From Octopus sinensis (lineage: Eukaryota): 64,000 nucleotides of DNA. The position numbers were made by a program, and so were the translations under genes. Every line of letters begins with the position of its first letter. Within the stretch, counting starts at the first letter, position 1. The stretch covers positions 7,502,001 to 7,566,000 of the forward strand of contig NC_043000.1 in assembly GCF_006345805.1 (NCBI RefSeq). The letters are read 5' to 3'. Positions 61,360 to 64,000 of the stretch are shown piece after piece. The notes below the pieces were generated by a model. It saw nothing but the letters and a program-made list of their open reading frames with translations, was not told the DNA's origin and did no database searches.

Positions 61360-61522
61360 CGATGGCTTCTTTCAGCTTTTGTCTACCAAATCCACTCACA
61401 AAGCTTTGGTCGGCCCAAGGCTATAGTAGAAGACACTTGCCCAAGGTTCCACGCAGTGAGACTGAACCCAGAACCATGTTGTTGGTAAGCAAGCTACTTA
61501 CCACACAGCCACTCCTACGCCT
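61360..61522 (-). mobile_element. Family B SINE 5' half
   Basis: Reverse complement head at 61470-61522. Confidence 0.88.
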
Positions 61523-61819
61523 ACGCAACTGCTGATCTTCCATAAACAACCTTGTCCAGACTTGTGCTTTGGAGGGTAACTTTCTAGGTGCAGTCCCATG
61601 GTCATTCATGATCAAAGGAAGTCTTGGAAGAAGACACTTGTCCTAGGTGGCACCATGCTGTAGGATCAAATCAGAACCATATTGACTGGTAAAGAAATTT
61701 CTTAACTCAGACTTCTGGTGGCTTGCTGTGCTTAAGAAGACACATCAAGCTAAATAAAATTGTAGCTGTCCATGCATACAAGCATGTCCTCTAATTCCCT
61801 CTCTCGACCAAGAGATCCT

Positions 61820-62917
61820 AGTCTTGCAGGCAAGTGGTTGCTGGTGCTATGTAAAAGCACCTGTGCTGGTGCCATGTAAAAAGCATCCATGCTGATGCCG
61901 TGTAATAGCACCCAGTATGCTCTAAAGTGGTTGGTTTTAGGAAGGGCATCCAACTGTAGAAACCCTGCCAAACCAGGAAAATGAAGCCCAGGCAGCTCTC
62001 CAGCTGGCCAATTCCAGTTGAACTGTCCAACCCATGCCAGCATAGAGAATGAACATTAGAAGATGATGATGCCGTTCCTGCACCATATCTGGTGCCTTGC
62101 TGTACTTAAGAAGACCTGTCTGCCACAATAGACTTGATATCGGTGCTGGTGCATGCAAAAATATGTGATGGATGGAAAAGAAAAAGCTCTGTCTATTTGT
62201 AACTTCAGAACGAGGTAGACAGAGGAAGCTAGATCAAGGAGGGAAGTTTTAGAGATAAAATATTAAAGAACAAGGTTAGTCAAAGAATGTCTGTTATGCA
62301 TCAATAAAAATCTTTGTCTTTTGCACTTTGTTTTAAGTCCATTCAGTAAGTTAAGCCTATCCCTCTTACAACGATTGTTGTTTTAAGGTGTGGGCACACT
62401 GGAAAGTTACTGGAGCTTCATGTGTCTAGGGGCTCAATTCTGTTCTTTGTAGGCTGTGGTTTATCAATAAATACTTAGAGAATCCAGTGCATTGATTTGC
62501 CTGGGGGCCTGTAATGCTGCCAAGAGAGCCTTGCTTATAAGTTATAAATATAGAAAGAGTGGAATACATCATCATCATCATTTAACATCCATTTCCTGTG
62601 CTGGCATGGGTTGGACAGTTTGACTGCAGCTGGTAAGGCCAGGGGCTCTACTATCTTTTCTGGCATGGTTTCTGTGGCTGGATGCCCTTCCTAATGCCAA
62701 CCACTCAATAAAGTGTACTGGGTGCTTTTAACGTGGCACCAGCACGAGTGCTTTATATGTAGCACCAGCACCGATATCAAGTCTATTGTGGCAGACAGGT
62801 CTTCTTAAGTACAGCAAGGCACCGGATATCTTGGTCCTTTGTAAGGCTCTGTATCTTGAGATTGGTCTCAAGACACTGTGCCTTACGAAGGAAATGACAA
62901 AGGACCAAGATATCTGG
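61820..62917. mobile_element. Convergent old RTE-tail elements with a near-perfect 68-bp inverted pair and a terminal hairpin
   Basis: + tail at 61820-62072 and - tail at 62565-62830. 62085-62152 pairs with 62762-62829. Hairpin at 62822-62917. Confidence 0.75.
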
Positions 62918-64000
62918 CGCAGTTACAAACTGACTGAAAGGTGACGAAACAGTCATTGTACTTTGCAGTGATTTCTGCTGTTTGCAGCAATGAAGTATAC
63001 CTCATCATGATATTTATTTACAGCCAGTTGAGATATTTATGGTAAACATAACACAAGATAGATTCTGCTGGCTTCTCTGGCAATTTGGAAGATACCCTGT
63101 TGATTTAGCCAGCTGAAACTCTAGATATGACATGATATAATGTTAGAGTTAAATCTAAATATATGATAATTGTTTTTTTGACTGGACACAACATGGTGAA
63201 GCAGATGCTGTGTTCGTGATAACTATAATTTTATTTTTGTGTGCAAGACTTAACTGACATGGCTTCCTCATACCTAGTAACGCTAGCCATTAAATAAACA
63301 CAAAACTGTCGGCCATTTTGTATAATTATTTTTTGTTGTTTTTGTTTTGTGCATCTTCTTTATTTGTCAACAGGATGTAATCTATTTTCTACTTGTTCAA
63401 AATACAGTTATTTTTGTTTATTTTTCTTCCTTTATTTGTTGCAACAAATACAAAAATCATATTTTTGACAATGATTTTTATATTTTATTTGAGTACGCTT
63501 GTTGTATTACTGAACAATTTTCTAGTGAAATGTTACCAACTTCCTGTAATGAAACTTTCAGTGACTTAAAATTAAAAAAAAAAACCTTACACACACACAC
63601 ATACACAAAAAAAACAACAACAAAACAACAAAGGTAAAATACAATACAAAAGCAAAACAATTCCTGATTACTTCTTTGAAGTATTAATAACCGTCAAGCA
63701 ACTTTTATGCATGAGCTCTTTATTGAAACAATGTACAGATATCAGGAAATTATCAAATGCTTCTTAAGTTTTAACATTACAGCCAGCAGACAGATATTAT
63801 CTTTCCGATGCTTTACTATAATGGTTTACTTCTAATCACTCAATGAGGGAGCATCCATCAGGTCACTTATTAGAAATACCAGCCAAGTCTTTCTCTTGTT
63901 GTAACTCTACTGTCATGAAAATACATGTATACACAAATATGCATAAATACATACATGTGTAATTATGTGTACATATATTTGTGCATAAATATGCATGCGT

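Overview
AT-rich, microsatellite-dense eukaryotic DNA that is almost entirely transposon-derived. The SINE, RTE and microsatellite make-up suggests an octopod cephalopod (Octopus-like) genome; this is an inference from repeat style, not a search result. No complete host gene is visible, only one or two candidate short exons. Recognisable coding remnants are CR1-group LINEs (four pieces), RTE LINEs (endonuclease, PHD-like finger, post-RT C-terminus, long 3' UTRs), two restriction-like-endonuclease LINE 3' ends, a Gypsy RNaseH/integrase, a Tigger/pogo transposase and a Penelope GIY-YIG endonuclease. There are also mariner, hAT and TTAA-type MITEs and dozens of tRNA-derived SINEs. The main unexplained structure is a set of roughly ten foldback (inverted-repeat) insertions and hammerhead-ribozyme motifs from several unrelated sequence families. 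These include an apparently intact minimal type I hammerhead (38281-38326) and a Penelope remnant whose 3' module is a Pol III tRNA-like head followed by a hammerhead. Other notable items are a 1.3-kb higher-order 11/12-mer satellite grown out of a SINE A-box region, and strictly alternating 61-bp RTE 3' UTR repeats with apparently compensatory base changes. Most repeat boundaries were read by eye and are approximate (about +/-20 bp) unless TIR, TSD or motif coordinates are given.
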